A stretch of DNA of 64,000 nt from Microgenomates group bacterium Gr01-1014_5 (GTDB lineage: Bacteria; Patescibacteriota; Microgenomatia; UBA8517; UBA10165). Made by a program: the position numbers and the translations under genes. Positions 19,949-30,407 of the stretch are shown here, one piece after another (position 1 is the stretch's first letter; the number at the start of each line of letters is the position of its first letter). The stretch lies in contig VMGE01000003.1 of NCBI GenBank assembly GCA_007376395.1, positions 26,057 through 90,056 of the forward strand, written 5' to 3'. The notes below the pieces were generated by a model. It had not been told where the DNA came from, made no database searches, and worked only from the letters and a program-made list of their open reading frames with translations.

Positions 19949-20030
19949 TTCAGATAATCAGGTCGCCAGATTTCGGATTGCCAGACTGCCAGATCTGAAA
20001 ATCTGATCATCTGATAATCTGGGTGTCTGA
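19949..20030. repeat. Octamer-period inverted repeat tract
   Basis: (N4-YCAGA) units followed by mirrored (TCTGR) units. Confidence 0.7.
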
Positions 20031-20057
20031 ATATATCTTACGGTAATATTGCGTTAA

Positions 20058-20339
20058 ATGCCAACAAAAAAAACTAAGTCGCAGACCCACAGAGGTTTCT
20101 TGGGTTCAATCACCAACGAAATGCTCAAACTCTCAACGACCGGGTTTGGCTTGGTTGCCGCCTTGGCATGGAACGAGGCTGTCAAAACTTTTATTGAGGA
20201 TTATGTTAAACCTTACACTCCAGGGTCTGGCTTAGTTTCCCAAATTATTTATGCTGTCATCATCACCCTCCTTGCTGTTACTATCACCTATCAGCTCACA
20301 GTCCTCAAACGCAAATTCACAAGCAAAAGCTCAAAGTAA
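20058..20339 (+). CDS. DUF5654-like small membrane protein
   Basis: GFGLVAALAWNEAV motif. Confidence 0.8.
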   Translation: MPTKKTKSQTHRGFLGSITNEMLKLSTTGFGLVAALAWNEAVKTFIEDYVKPYTPGSGLVSQIIYAVIITLLAVTITYQLTVLKRKFTSKSSK

Positions 20340-20396
20340 CCTTTGACACTAAGTAGAATTTTTGACGAGCAAGCTTCAAACCTATACAATCAAGCC

Positions 20397-21542
20397 ATGC
20401 AAGGTAAAGATTTACTCGACCGGCGCGTTGCCAATGTTTTGCCGTCAAAAGATGGTTTGGCGGATTTGATGGGTAAGAAAAAAATCCGTCTCTATCAGGG
20501 TTTTGACCCAACAGGAACAAGGCTTCATCTTGGACATTCGGTCGGCATCCGCAAACTGATGGATTTTGCGAACGCGGGTCACGAAGTCATTTTTCTTTTC
20601 GGCACAGGAACAGTACTCGCCGGCGGAGGTGACCCTTCTGGGCGCGAGACCGGACGGAAAATGATCACCCAGGAAGAAATTGACGAAAACATTAAAGGGT
20701 GGAAGGATCAAGTTGCCCCGCTTGTCGACTGGGACAAGGTCTCAATTAAACAAAACGGTGATTGGTTAGTACCATTATCTTTAAAAGATATTCTAAGTGT
20801 TGCATCCCACCTCTCGGCGGTTCAGTTGTTCAAGCGGGAAATGTTCCAGCGCAGAATAGAAAACGGCGACACCGTCTCGTTTGCCGAAACTTTCTATCCC
20901 ATGCTCCAGGGATATGATTCTGTAGTTATGGATGTTGACCTTGAAATCGGGGGCACTGATCAAGAATTTAACATGCTCATTGGGCGCGAACTAATGAGAA
21001 AAATTAAGGGTAAAGAAAAATTCGTTTTAACAACTCCTATGATCCTCGGTACCGACGGTCAACAAATGAGTAAGACGCGAGGCAATGCCGTATGGCTCGA
21101 CGACACGGCAGAAGATATGTTTGGAAAACTAATGGCTCTTCCTGATGAACATGTTGCAAGTTATATTGAGTTAGTTACCGATCTTCCAATCGATAGCACT
21201 AAAGATCTGCACCCAATGGAAGCTAAAAAAGTATTAGCTTTTGATGTTGCAAAACAATTCCACGGAGAGGAAAAAGCTCAAGAAGCGAAAAGTATATGGG
21301 AATCAACATTCCAAAAAGGCGAGGTTCCGACTGATATTCCAACCCATAAATTAAACGGAGAAGAGAATGTTGTTGATATTCTCGTCAATTCAGGAACAGT
21401 TTCAAGTAAATCAGAAGCCAGGCGCTTAATCGAACAGGGTGGAATTGAGCTAGACGGAACCAAAGTTACAGACCCGACTATAAACTTAGATGCCTCAGGC
21501 ACCCTCCGCATCGGCAAACATCGTTTCCTCAAAGTGCAGTAA
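20397..21542 (+). CDS. tyrS: Tyrosine--tRNA ligase
   Basis: YQGFDPTG, HLGH, YPMLQGYD, GGTDQ, QMSKT, C-terminal S4 domain. Confidence 0.96.
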   Translation: MQGKDLLDRRVANVLPSKDGLADLMGKKKIRLYQGFDPTGTRLHLGHSVGIRKLMDFANAGHEVIFLFGTGTVLAGGGDPSGRETGRKMITQEEIDENIKGWKDQVAPLVDWDKVSIKQNGDWLVPLSLKDILSVASHLSAVQLFKREMFQRRIENGDTVSFAETFYPMLQGYDSVVMDVDLEIGGTDQEFNMLIGRELMRKIKGKEKFVLTTPMILGTDGQQMSKTRGNAVWLDDTAEDMFGKLMALPDEHVASYIELVTDLPIDSTKDLHPMEAKKVLAFDVAKQFHGEEKAQEAKSIWESTFQKGEVPTDIPTHKLNGEENVVDILVNSGTVSSKSEARRLIEQGGIELDGTKVTDPTINLDASGTLRIGKHRFLKVQ

Positions 21543-21579
21543 AACCAGCCTCAAAAGGTGAGACCCTGCGAACCTAAAA

Positions 21580-22650
21580 TCACAACTCGATAATTTGTGC
21601 GGATTTGCGCCATTCTTCTATCGTATGCGGGTCGGCTGTCGTAATAATCGTTTGTTGTCGACCAATTGTTTTCATTACTTCTTCCCTGTGTTTGTGATCC
21701 AATTCGGAAAAAACATCATCCAGCAAAAGTACCGGGCGCGAGCCGCTTTTTCCGTCGATAAAGGCAAGCTCTGCCAATTTTAGCCATAAAACAACCATTC
21801 TTTGCTCGCCCCGTGAGCCGTATATCGCCAGGTTTCTTTTTTCCTGTGCGCTGTTCCCTATGCCCTGTGCCCTAAAACCAAAATCATCCCTATGCGGTCC
21901 AACCAATGTCGCTCCGGCCGCGACCTCTTCTGCTTCGTATTCTTTAATCCTCGCCGGAGAAATCGTACTGCGGTCATACTCCAAAGATAATTCCTCACTA
22001 TCTAAAGGCTCGGTCATATTCACAAAATCAATAAATTCTTCTCTTACATGAGTTAAATATTCGCCATTCTTAATTAAAAGCTGATCCCAAAACATTAATT
22101 GCGAACGTTTGGCTTCTCCTTCCCGAATGCGCTGTAAAAGTTTGTTTCTTTGTCTTACTCCTTTTTCGTAAGACAAAAGAGAACGGCGGTATTCGCGGTC
22201 AACCTGCGAACAAACGGAATCCAAAAATCTGCGCCTTGCAGACGGAGAGCCGGTAACCAAATCAACATCCCAAGGACCAAAAAGCACAGTTTTTAAAGTT
22301 CCGACAAAGTCATAGAAACGCTTTGGTGTTTCGTTAATCATTAATTTCTTTCTGGGGATTTTCTCGCCATTCAACTCCCCCCTTGTTACCACTACTTCCA
22401 ATCCCACTTCCCCTTCATCTCCCCCTCCAGCTTCACACATCACACGTCCCACTTCTTCGGTACTTTTAATCATCTCCGCTTCGACACTTGCCCGAAAAGA
22501 TTTCCCGGTTGAAAGTAAAGAAATTGCCTCTAAAATGTTTGTTTTCCCGGCAGTATTTGGCCCAACAATAATGGTTGTTTCTTCCGAGAACGTAAATTCT
22601 TTTTTCCCAAAACTCCTAAAGTTTTGTAATACAAGATTTTTAATTAACAT
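21580..22650 (-). CDS. recF: DNA replication and repair protein RecF
   Basis: NFRS, GPNTAGKTN, GPHRDD, GSRGEQR, LLLDDVFSELD. Confidence 0.95.
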   Translation of the reverse strand: MLIKNLVLQNFRSFGKKEFTFSEETTIIVGPNTAGKTNILEAISLLSTGKSFRASVEAEMIKSTEEVGRVMCEAGGGDEGEVGLEVVVTRGELNGEKIPRKKLMINETPKRFYDFVGTLKTVLFGPWDVDLVTGSPSARRRFLDSVCSQVDREYRRSLLSYEKGVRQRNKLLQRIREGEAKRSQLMFWDQLLIKNGEYLTHVREEFIDFVNMTEPLDSEELSLEYDRSTISPARIKEYEAEEVAAGATLVGPHRDDFGFRAQGIGNSAQEKRNLAIYGSRGEQRMVVLWLKLAELAFIDGKSGSRPVLLLDDVFSELDHKHREEVMKTIGRQQTIITTADPHTIEEWRKSAQIIEL

Positions 22651-22661
22651 TTGGATTTAAA

Positions 22662-22691
22662 ATTATACACCCCTATGTAGGAGTGTATAAT
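22662..22691. promoter_or_regulatory. Palindrome with TATAAT on both strands upstream of recF
   Basis: ATTATACAC-CCCTATGTAGGA-GTGTATAAT. Confidence 0.4.
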
Positions 22692-22697
22692 ACAAAG

Positions 22698-23558
22698 CTA
22701 TATCTGGCAGTGGGGGCAGAAAAAAGTACCGCGGCCGCCAATTTTCATTGTAGAAATTTTTCCACCACACCTTGAACAAGGCTTTTTGTAAAAACCATAG
22801 ACTAGAAAATATTTTTGGTATTCACCCGTTTCTCCTAGAACGTTAACGTAAGTGAATTCCGAAGATCCGCCGTATTTCAGACCTTGTTTGAGCACTTCTT
22901 CTATAGATTGATATAACTTTTTGGTTTCATTAGTTGACAGTGATTTTGCCTGCCTCCTTGGATCAATACCGGCCAAGAAAAGGGCATCGTTGGCATAAAT
23001 ATTCCCTACTCCCCCAATTCTTTTCTGATCCATTAAAAGCACTTTAATTTTTGTATTTTTCCCAGAAACGATTTGCTTAAATTTCTCCGGGGTAAGAATT
23101 TCTCTTTCTCCGTCTCTGTTTCCAATCGGGGGCTCTGGGCCGAGTTCGCGGACAAATGGCATCTGTTCCACATCAGATGTGGATATTATTTTCAGCCACC
23201 CAAACTGCCTTATATCGTTGTAATACAAACTACCCTTATCTAACTTAAAAATCACATGCGTAAACTTGTTTGGCAGTTGTCCTACTGCCTTTGATACTCT
23301 TGATACTTTTGATTCATCTGATACCCAAATTAATTGTCCCGTCATTTTGACATGTATAGCTATTGAGTAATTATTGTCTAAGTCTAAACTTAAAGCTTTT
23401 CCAAACCTTCGGATTTTTTTAAATTTAGCACCTGTTATTTTTGTAATATCTCCCTGAAGAATTTTCTTGAGGCGCACTTCAACTTCGACAATTTTCTTGC
23501 CGACGACATATCTTTCCAAACCCAGTCTAATTGTCTCAACTTCAGGTAATTCTGGCAT
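22698..23558 (-). CDS. mutM: Formamidopyrimidine-DNA glycosylase
   Basis: MPELPEVE, GVGNIYA, C-terminal C4 zinc finger. Confidence 0.96.
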   Translation of the reverse strand: MPELPEVETIRLGLERYVVGKKIVEVEVRLKKILQGDITKITGAKFKKIRRFGKALSLDLDNNYSIAIHVKMTGQLIWVSDESKVSRVSKAVGQLPNKFTHVIFKLDKGSLYYNDIRQFGWLKIISTSDVEQMPFVRELGPEPPIGNRDGEREILTPEKFKQIVSGKNTKIKVLLMDQKRIGGVGNIYANDALFLAGIDPRRQAKSLSTNETKKLYQSIEEVLKQGLKYGGSSEFTYVNVLGETGEYQKYFLVYGFYKKPCSRCGGKISTMKIGGRGTFFCPHCQI

Positions 23559-23666
23559 AATTAATTGTTCTTGCCACGTAAATGCGCTCTTGTGACGCGA
23601 GGATGTAAACCTCGGGAACAAGTAAGCATTTTACTGTGGTCAACTTCGGGAAGTTCAGGCATTTAA

Positions 23667-24122
23667 TTAAAATCTTAACTCTTCTAATGGGGAATTTGTT
23701 CCGATTTTCCGCCTTACCTCCTGAAGAACTAACCACGGCCAGACTGAATCTGGATTATGTTGCTTGCACCTGTTCCAAATCTCAAAATACAAAGCAAACC
23801 TTCTTAGTTTCTCTGGGTCAAGATACTTTCGAACCATTATTCTATCTCTGCCCCTTGCTGTCTCCACCAAAGGAACCATAATTCCCCAATCTACAGCTTC
23901 TTTAAAAACTCCCCTTGTTTCGCTGGAATTAGTGTGAAGAATTTTAAGAAATGCTTGATTACCAGGAAGCTGACTTATCCTCATCCGGCCATCTTTTATA
24001 TTTGAAATTACCCTCATTTCAACGCTTTCCATGACCCGGCGAAGACCGGGATCAAGAATAAAACTATAGTCTGGTCCGGAAAACACAACCACTTCTCTTT
24101 CCCGCTCTTTTGTGTTTAGCAT
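23667..24122 (-). CDS. Hypothetical protein
   Basis: 151-aa co-oriented ORF. Confidence 0.55.
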   Translation of the reverse strand: MLNTKEREREVVVFSGPDYSFILDPGLRRVMESVEMRVISNIKDGRMRISQLPGNQAFLKILHTNSSETRGVFKEAVDWGIMVPLVETARGRDRIMVRKYLDPEKLRRFALYFEIWNRCKQHNPDSVWPWLVLQEVRRKIGTNSPLEELRF

Positions 24123-24132
24123 AATATTGTCT

Positions 24133-25251
24133 TTAAATTACATCACTTATCAATTTTGTAATTTTCTTCTCAAAATTTTCCCTGGAAAAACGCTTGGCAT
24201 TTTCCTGAATTTCTTCTTTTTGCCACTTAATTCTCTCAAATTTGCCGAAAGCTCTTTTTAGACCTTCTAGGCTTGTATCATCTATTAAAAGCCCCGTTGA
24301 ACCGTCAACAACCGTTTCACGGAATCCTCCGCCGTTGTAAGCGATTACAGGAGTCCCTGCGGCTTGTGCTTCGACTACCGTCATCCCAAAATCTTCGTTT
24401 CGAGCGAATGCGAGAAACCCTTTTGCACGGGCGTATAACTGGTAAAGTTCTTCATCGTTTACCCTCCCTAATAATTCCAAATTGTTTCCCCCTCTTACTC
24501 TATCTCTTACTTTGGAAAACCCAGCCGCTTCCCCCACAACTCGCAACTTAAACCCTATCTTATTTGCCGCTTCTGCCGCTTCTTCTATTCCCTTGCCGCC
24601 CACCAATCTCGAAACAAGCAAAAAGAAGTCGTCTTTCTTTGTGCGGCGTGTTGTTTCAATAATCTTTTTAACTTCAACAGGAGGATAAATAACAATTGCT
24701 TCCTTCCTATAAAATTTTTGAATTCGTGCGCGAACTTCTTCAGAATTAGCAATAAATTGATCAACCTTTTGCGCAGACCAAAAATCATACATCCGCAAAA
24801 AGTGGTTAACAATGGCCGCATACACTTTAACCGGCCAGTATTTCATGACGTTAATACTTGTTTCGTAACCATAAAGATAACGCGGCGGAGTGTGACAATA
24901 ACAAATAACTTTCGTATATTTTCCTACCTTAAAACCGCGGGTTATGTTGAAACCTTTGGTTATAAACCAACTTGATGAGGCGATAACTAAATCGTATTCT
25001 GAAAAATCAAAACTACTCCAAACAAAAGGAGCCAAAAAACGTAAAGGGCTGTAAAGTTTTCCTACCCGCAAAATTGGCGCTAAAAAACTTTCGCGGATTT
25101 CCCGGTCTGCAAAGGATTTATCCATCAGAGAACCTTTTACTTTAAACGCGATATAGATAGGAGCGTCCGGAAACATATCAGACAAAACGCGTAAAACGCG
25201 TTCTGCGCCTCCAAATTCCGAAAAATAATCGTGAACAAGCGCTATTTTCAT
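24133..25251 (-). CDS. Glycosyltransferase family 4
   Basis: GGAERV, YCHTPPRY, EDFGMTVVEAQAAGTPV. Confidence 0.92.
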   Translation of the reverse strand: MKIALVHDYFSEFGGAERVLRVLSDMFPDAPIYIAFKVKGSLMDKSFADREIRESFLAPILRVGKLYSPLRFLAPFVWSSFDFSEYDLVIASSSWFITKGFNITRGFKVGKYTKVICYCHTPPRYLYGYETSINVMKYWPVKVYAAIVNHFLRMYDFWSAQKVDQFIANSEEVRARIQKFYRKEAIVIYPPVEVKKIIETTRRTKKDDFFLLVSRLVGGKGIEEAAEAANKIGFKLRVVGEAAGFSKVRDRVRGGNNLELLGRVNDEELYQLYARAKGFLAFARNEDFGMTVVEAQAAGTPVIAYNGGGFRETVVDGSTGLLIDDTSLEGLKRAFGKFERIKWQKEEIQENAKRFSRENFEKKITKLISDVI

Positions 25252-25256
25252 AAATT

Positions 25257-26219
25257 CTAAATCAATCCAATTTGACCACCACTGCCGTTACCTGCTCTGG
25301 GATTTTTCTTTACAGATTTTGAGTTAATTTCAGCAGTGGCATTGCCGGTAACTCTTACAATAAGACTGCGAAATCCCAGTTCTTTGAGCTTGTTAATTAA
25401 TCTTTTGTTCTCTTTAAATCCATTAAGTTTGGCTCGTTCTAAATCAAACTCCAACGGCACGTCGTCTCTTATTGTTGCTAATTCTTTTGACAGCACCCCG
25501 CTCTCCTGTCCTTCTACTAGTTTCTTTGCGATATTCTTGCCCAACTTCCAATCTCTAGCCTCTAACCTCTTGTAGATATTTTCCAGCGTGCCATATTCTT
25601 CAATAAGCGTAACAGCCGTCTTTGGGCCAATTCCGGGAACACCCGGGTAATTATCTGACGGATCGCCAGTTAAAGCTTTGTAATCAACTACTTGACCCGG
25701 AGTCACACCCAAATACTCCCGCACCCCCGCACTATCAAAAATACGCGTCTGGCTAATACCTTTGGCTGGCATACAAATCTTAACGCCTTCGCCAACCAGC
25801 TGCAGCATGTCCCTGTCTCCAGTAACCACAATTACCTCGTTTACATCTTTGTGCTCTATGGCTTGGCGCGCAACAGTGGCAATCACATCGTCTGCTTCAA
25901 AACCCGGGGCTGTAAAAATAGGAATGTCTGCCGCCTCTACTACTTCCTGCACTATAGATATTTGGTCTTTCATCTCAAGATCCATGGATTTTCTTTTTGC
26001 TTGATAAGCAATATAAGCCGCGTGGCGAAACGTCGGAAACGGAAGGTCGAAGGCAACCGCTAAATAGTCAGGTTTTAATTCATCTATGGTTTTTAAAAGT
26101 AAGGCGGTGAAGCCATATACTGCATTGACTAACTTGCCAGAAGGTGAAGACAGCGCAGGATATGCATAATACGCCCGGTAAACCATCGCATGGCCATCTA
26201 TTAAAACTAATCTTTTCAT
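25257..26219 (-). CDS. Stand-alone 5'-3' exonuclease (PolA N-terminal domain)
   Basis: LIDGH...RAY, EADDVI, TGDRD, GDPSDNYPGVPGIGPKTA; no polymerase domain. Confidence 0.92.
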   Translation of the reverse strand: MKRLVLIDGHAMVYRAYYAYPALSSPSGKLVNAVYGFTALLLKTIDELKPDYLAVAFDLPFPTFRHAAYIAYQAKRKSMDLEMKDQISIVQEVVEAADIPIFTAPGFEADDVIATVARQAIEHKDVNEVIVVTGDRDMLQLVGEGVKICMPAKGISQTRIFDSAGVREYLGVTPGQVVDYKALTGDPSDNYPGVPGIGPKTAVTLIEEYGTLENIYKRLEARDWKLGKNIAKKLVEGQESGVLSKELATIRDDVPLEFDLERAKLNGFKENKRLINKLKELGFRSLIVRVTGNATAEINSKSVKKNPRAGNGSGGQIGLI

Positions 26220-26348
26220 TTAACTGAGGCTAATTGTAACACGCCTACTCTTGTGAAGTGAAAAAATTAACCTGCTATAGCGTGCAAACGCTTCAAGTTT
26301 TGCTTAATACGAGCTTGTACGAGTATCAAGCTTTGCTTATACTAACTC

Positions 26349-26801
26349 ATGTCTTCTTTTGTCCTTTTTTACTTAGTACTTCATCTATTTCTTTTTGCTC
26401 TCTCTTTTTACAAAGTCTTTAAAAGCAAAGAGAAATTGGAGTTTATTTACGCATGGGCATTTATCTTCGGAGCGTTTGTTTGGGAAGATCTTTTGGTTCT
26501 TAGCCTTTTTAACGTTTTCTTTGCTTTTGTTGTTTACATTCTTGGTGATATTAAGATAGGAATTATCTTCCTGCTTGTTTTCTTTATCGTCCGTGCGTTT
26601 GGTGAAACAATTTATTACTTTCTTCAGCAATTTAACTCGCTTCCCCCCTATCCGCACAGACTTCATGCTCATTTTAAGGCTTTGAGGAGTATCTTGGGAG
26701 ACATCTCTGACCAAAAGTGTTTTATCCTCGGCCAAGTCCTTTTCCAGTGCATAACTGTACTTTCGGCTGTTTTACTAATTCTTTTTCTCCGGGGTTCTTA
26801 A
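26349..26801 (+). CDS. Hypothetical membrane protein
   Basis: Hydrophobic ORF oriented against the flanking core genes. Confidence 0.65.
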   Translation: MSSFVLFYLVLHLFLFALSFYKVFKSKEKLEFIYAWAFIFGAFVWEDLLVLSLFNVFFAFVVYILGDIKIGIIFLLVFFIVRAFGETIYYFLQQFNSLPPYPHRLHAHFKALRSILGDISDQKCFILGQVLFQCITVLSAVLLILFLRGS

Positions 26802-26813
26802 TATACAGAAGTG

Positions 26814-28727
26814 TCAAGCACCAACCACGGCAAGCGCCGCCTTGGCCTCTTTATTTAGACGAATTTTTTCTCCTACTATCTTCTCAAATTCATCACGGTC
26901 TAAGGTCTCGTTTTTTATCAAAGCCTCGGCAACTTCTTTCAATTTTGACCTTAGCGACTTAAGGATTTTTATTGCTTGCTTGTGGCAGGTCTCAACAATC
27001 TCAGACACTTCGCGGTCAATTTTATCCTGCATCGAAGGAGAAACATTAATTGGTTCCATAAAACGCATGCGCTCGTCAATCTGCGGACTCCAGTTAACCG
27101 GACCAAGCTTACTCATTCCTAGTTCTAAAACCATACTGCGGGCAACATCGGTTGCCTTCTGAATATCAGAAGCAGCTCCTGCCGTCATTTCGTTAAAAAC
27201 CAAGGTTTCGGCCGCTCTTCCACCCATCATTACGGTAATCATTTGCAAAAGCCGGGTTTTTGTTTCGTGGATGCGATCCATTTCTGACGGAATATAAGTG
27301 TGACCTAAGCTTTTTGAGCGGGCAACAATCGAAATTGAATGGACAGGATCAACGTGCGGCAAGACATGTGCAACCATAGCGTGTCCCGCTTCGTGGAAAG
27401 CGGTAATCTCACGGTCTTCTTTGGTCTGTAAACGGTGTTTTGCAGGCCCAAGTTTTACTTTAGTCGCCGCCTCTTCGGTATGAAGAAAACTTATTTCCTT
27501 TGCGTTCTCACGTGCGGCAAAAATTGCCGCCTCGTTAAGCATGTTTTCTAAATCCGCGCCGGAAAATCCGACAGTACGCGAAGCTATTCTTTCCCAAGAA
27601 ATGCCATGAGCAAATTTTTTACCCTTGGAATGAATCTTTAGAATAGCGAGGCGACCCTCGCGGTCCGGCATATCAAGTGTTACTTCGCGGTCAAAGCGGC
27701 CGGGACGGACAAGAGCGCTGTCTAACAGATCGCGGCGGTTAGTGGCCGCGAGAACTATGACGTTATCGTTTGGAGTAAACCCATCCATTTCAACCAAGAT
27801 TTGGTTTAAAGTTTGCTCGCGTTCGTCATGCCCCCCGGCAAGTCCGTGTCCGCGCTGGCGCCCAATAGCGTCAATTTCATCGATAAAGATAATTGAAGGA
27901 GCCGCCTTTTTGGCAGTAGAAAAGAGATCACGAACTCTTGACGCCCCAACACCCACGAGCATTTCCATAAATTCGCTCCCTGCCATGGAGAAGAAAGGGA
28001 CTGCCGCCTCTCCTGCAACGGCGCGGGACAAAAGTGTTTTTCCGGTTCCTGCCGGACCGACAAGAAGAACTCCTTTTGGCGTGCGTGCGCCGAGCGCTTT
28101 GTATTTGCCTGGATTTTTTAAGAAATCGACAATCTCTTCCAGTTCCCGCTTTGCCTCGTCCACTCCGGCAACATCTTTAAAGGTTACATTTTGTTTACCC
28201 TTGGCAAAGACTTTTGCCCCGGATTTACCAAAGGAAAAAACCGAGTCTTGTGCCCCTCGGGCTTGTCTAAAAATAAAAAGGAAGAAAAGGGCCATTAACC
28301 CTACAGGCAAAAGAATACCTAAAATATCTAACCAGACACGGGAAAGGAGCTTATCTTCTATAGCAAACGACGTGACCGAAGGGTCTATCCCTGAATTCTT
28401 AAGAATTGTAGAAAATGACTCGCCCGACTCTTTAATCGAAGTCTTCTCTCCTCCGTCTTTATATTTAACCGTCAGGCGTTCTTCAGAAATACCCACCTTT
28501 TCAACTTTGTTTTCTTTAATATCTGCCAAAACTTGAGAGAGGGGAATATTTTCTTGACCCGATCGATAACTTGAGAAAGATAAAAGAAAGGGGCCGATAA
28601 AAAGAAGAGCCAAAGAAAGCAGTAAGAGATTTTTCAAATTAAATTTGAATTTAAGCTGTAGTTTTTTCCGGGTGTTTTTCCCGTTTCCCAGAATTTTAGG
28701 TAGTTTTGGTAAGTTTTTTATGGCCAT
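26814..28727 (-). CDS. ftsH: ATP-dependent zinc metalloprotease FtsH
   Basis: [26 protein letters not shown]. Confidence 0.97.
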   Translation of the reverse strand: MAIKNLPKLPKILGNGKNTRKKLQLKFKFNLKNLLLLSLALLFIGPFLLSFSSYRSGQENIPLSQVLADIKENKVEKVGISEERLTVKYKDGGEKTSIKESGESFSTILKNSGIDPSVTSFAIEDKLLSRVWLDILGILLPVGLMALFFLFIFRQARGAQDSVFSFGKSGAKVFAKGKQNVTFKDVAGVDEAKRELEEIVDFLKNPGKYKALGARTPKGVLLVGPAGTGKTLLSRAVAGEAAVPFFSMAGSEFMEMLVGVGASRVRDLFSTAKKAAPSIIFIDEIDAIGRQRGHGLAGGHDEREQTLNQILVEMDGFTPNDNVIVLAATNRRDLLDSALVRPGRFDREVTLDMPDREGRLAILKIHSKGKKFAHGISWERIASRTVGFSGADLENMLNEAAIFAARENAKEISFLHTEEAATKVKLGPAKHRLQTKEDREITAFHEAGHAMVAHVLPHVDPVHSISIVARSKSLGHTYIPSEMDRIHETKTRLLQMITVMMGGRAAETLVFNEMTAGAASDIQKATDVARSMVLELGMSKLGPVNWSPQIDERMRFMEPINVSPSMQDKIDREVSEIVETCHKQAIKILKSLRSKLKEVAEALIKNETLDRDEFEKIVGEKIRLNKEAKAALAVVGA

Positions 28728-28730
28728 AGC

Positions 28731-28797
28731 AATTAATTTTTAATTTATAATTTTCAATTTTTAATCAATATTTAATGTTTTAAATTTAGATTTATTA
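28731..28797. repeat. Degenerate heptamer repeat tract
   Basis: aattaatttttaatttataattttcaatttttaat. Confidence 0.6.
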
Positions 28798-29124
28798 ACT
28801 CAATTTATCTCCAGGATCAGACCCAACGGGCGCTTCAACAGGCAAGGGTTTATCTTCGCCACCAACCGCTAACAACATTCCTTGCGATTCTTCACCGACC
28901 ATTGGTTTCGGTTCTAGATTGTAAACAAAGACAAACAGCTTGCCGAGAAAATGTTCTGATTCATACCATTTTGCTAATCCTGTAAAAATAGTTCTTTGTT
29001 CTTCTCCGAAGTCTACACTTAGTTTTATTAGTTTGCTACTTCCACTAACCTCAGAGGTCACGGTTACTTTTCCTACCCTAAGGTCAATTTGCGCAAAATC
29101 CTCGATTCCGATTGTTGCCTTCAC
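28795..29124 (-). CDS. tRNA-binding OB-fold protein (MetG C-terminal/Trbp111/CsaA-like)
   Basis: DFAQIDLRVGKV, KLIKLSVDFG, NLEPK..ESQGMLL. Confidence 0.88.
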   Translation of the reverse strand: MKATIGIEDFAQIDLRVGKVTVTSEVSGSSKLIKLSVDFGEEQRTIFTGLAKWYESEHFLGKLFVFVYNLEPKPMVGEESQGMLLAVGGEDKPLPVEAPVGSDPGDKLS

Positions 29125-29244
29125 AGGTTCAAAGTATATCACACACTGAGGCTGTTTTGAAGTTGACGATCTACGCACATGCTCAGGTCTACGTCCGTCT
29201 TGCTGAGGCGGAAATCCGCCGCAGCTTTAGCGTAGGCGGACTAA

Positions 29245-30231
29245 TTACCGACCCAGACCCATTGCGGTTTTTACCTCTTGGAGAGTTTGCGAGGCAACCT
29301 GACGGGCTTTTTGGGCTCCTTCAGTAATTACTTTATCAACATACTCAGGATTGGCTTCTAATTCTTTCCTTTTTTCTTGGATAGGCGTTAATTCCTCAAA
29401 AATTGCTTGTGCGAGCCCGTTTTTAAGGTCTCCGTACCTGATTCCATCTCCTGTGTATGCTTTTTCGTATTCTGCGCACTTGCCAGCACCTTGGAATAGC
29501 TCCACAAACTTCAGTAAAGTTGCTACTCCTCCTTTTGAAGGGACACTCTCACCTTGACCCGAGTCTGTAGGCGCCGCCGCCAAGCGTTTCTTAATCGTTT
29601 CTAAATCATCGTTTAGGTTGATAAAACTCCCCTCAACCGATTTGCTCATCTTACCTTCACCAACCAAAGAAGGTATGTATTCCCCTTTTGTGGCAAAACG
29701 TTGGGGTTCGGGAAAATCTAATTTAAATCTTTCGTTAAGTTTTCCGGCAATCTCTCGGGAGACCTCAAGATGCGGCTCCTGATCAACCCCAACCGGAACC
29801 AAACTAGCCTTGTAAATTAAAATGTCTGCAGCCATCAAAACCGGATAGTACAAAAGCGCCATGGAAACATTTTCAGGGTGTTGTTTTACCTTTTCTTTGA
29901 ATGTCGGCAAATGCTGCATGCGTGCAACCGTTACTGCGGTTGAAAAAAGGTAAGACAGTTCTGTGTGTTCTGGAATTTGGGATTGGATGAAAATCGTAGA
30001 TTTTTCAGGATCTATGCCTATGGCTAAATAATCAATAATCACTTCTCGGGTGTTTGAAGCCAAAGTTTTAGGATCATATGGAGTTGTTATGGCATGCAAA
30101 TCCGCCACCATATAAAAGGTTTCGTAATTCGGGTCGCTTTGCAGTTCCAGCATACCCTTCACCGCCCCAAGATAATTTCCCAAATGCAATCGTCCTGTGG
30201 CTCTGATTCCTGATAGTACTCGTTTTTGCAT
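29245..30231 (-). CDS. trpS: Tryptophan--tRNA ligase
   Basis: SGIRATG.LHLGNY, YPVLMAADI, VGVDQ, KMSKS. Confidence 0.96.
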   Translation of the reverse strand: MQKRVLSGIRATGRLHLGNYLGAVKGMLELQSDPNYETFYMVADLHAITTPYDPKTLASNTREVIIDYLAIGIDPEKSTIFIQSQIPEHTELSYLFSTAVTVARMQHLPTFKEKVKQHPENVSMALLYYPVLMAADILIYKASLVPVGVDQEPHLEVSREIAGKLNERFKLDFPEPQRFATKGEYIPSLVGEGKMSKSVEGSFINLNDDLETIKKRLAAAPTDSGQGESVPSKGGVATLLKFVELFQGAGKCAEYEKAYTGDGIRYGDLKNGLAQAIFEELTPIQEKRKELEANPEYVDKVITEGAQKARQVASQTLQEVKTAMGLGR

Positions 30232-30247
30232 ATGTGTATATTCTAAC

Positions 30248-30271
30248 AAAAAACCACCAAAAAGGTGGCCG
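30248..30271 (-). terminator. Intrinsic terminator downstream of tRNA-Met
   Basis: CCACC-TTTTT-GGTGG followed by a T run on the minus strand. Confidence 0.6.
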
Positions 30272-30295
30272 TTTACTCTGAACAGAGTTGAAAGG

Positions 30296-30370
30296 TGGCT
30301 AGGGTGGGAGTCGAACCCACAAACCTTCGACGTATGAAGTCGCTGCTCTAGCCAGTTGAGCTACCCAGCC
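30296..30370 (-). tRNA. tRNA-Met(CAU), probably elongator
   Basis: Cloverleaf: acceptor GGCTGGG/CCTAGCC, D arm GCTC/GAGC, anticodon loop TT-CAT-AC, T arm GTGGG-TTCGACT-CCCAC; CCA not fully encoded. Confidence 0.88.
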
Positions 30371-30407
30371 AATAAGGTGAATTATAACATATCAACCTCT
30401 AAAGAAT

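Noticed and set aside
23575-23632. Riboswitch upstream of mutM
   Set aside because: A hairpin is present (CGAGG/CCTCG within AAATGC/GCATTT) but it matches no aptamer consensus I recognise
25257-26219. Truncated polA pseudogene
   Set aside because: The nuclease motifs are intact and the stop is clean and operonic, consistent with a stand-alone or split 5'-3' exonuclease
27742-28536. 264-aa plus-strand ORF and similar antisense ORFs over trxB, copA, ccdA, pduO and nrdJ
   Set aside because: Shadow frames opposite well-supported conserved genes
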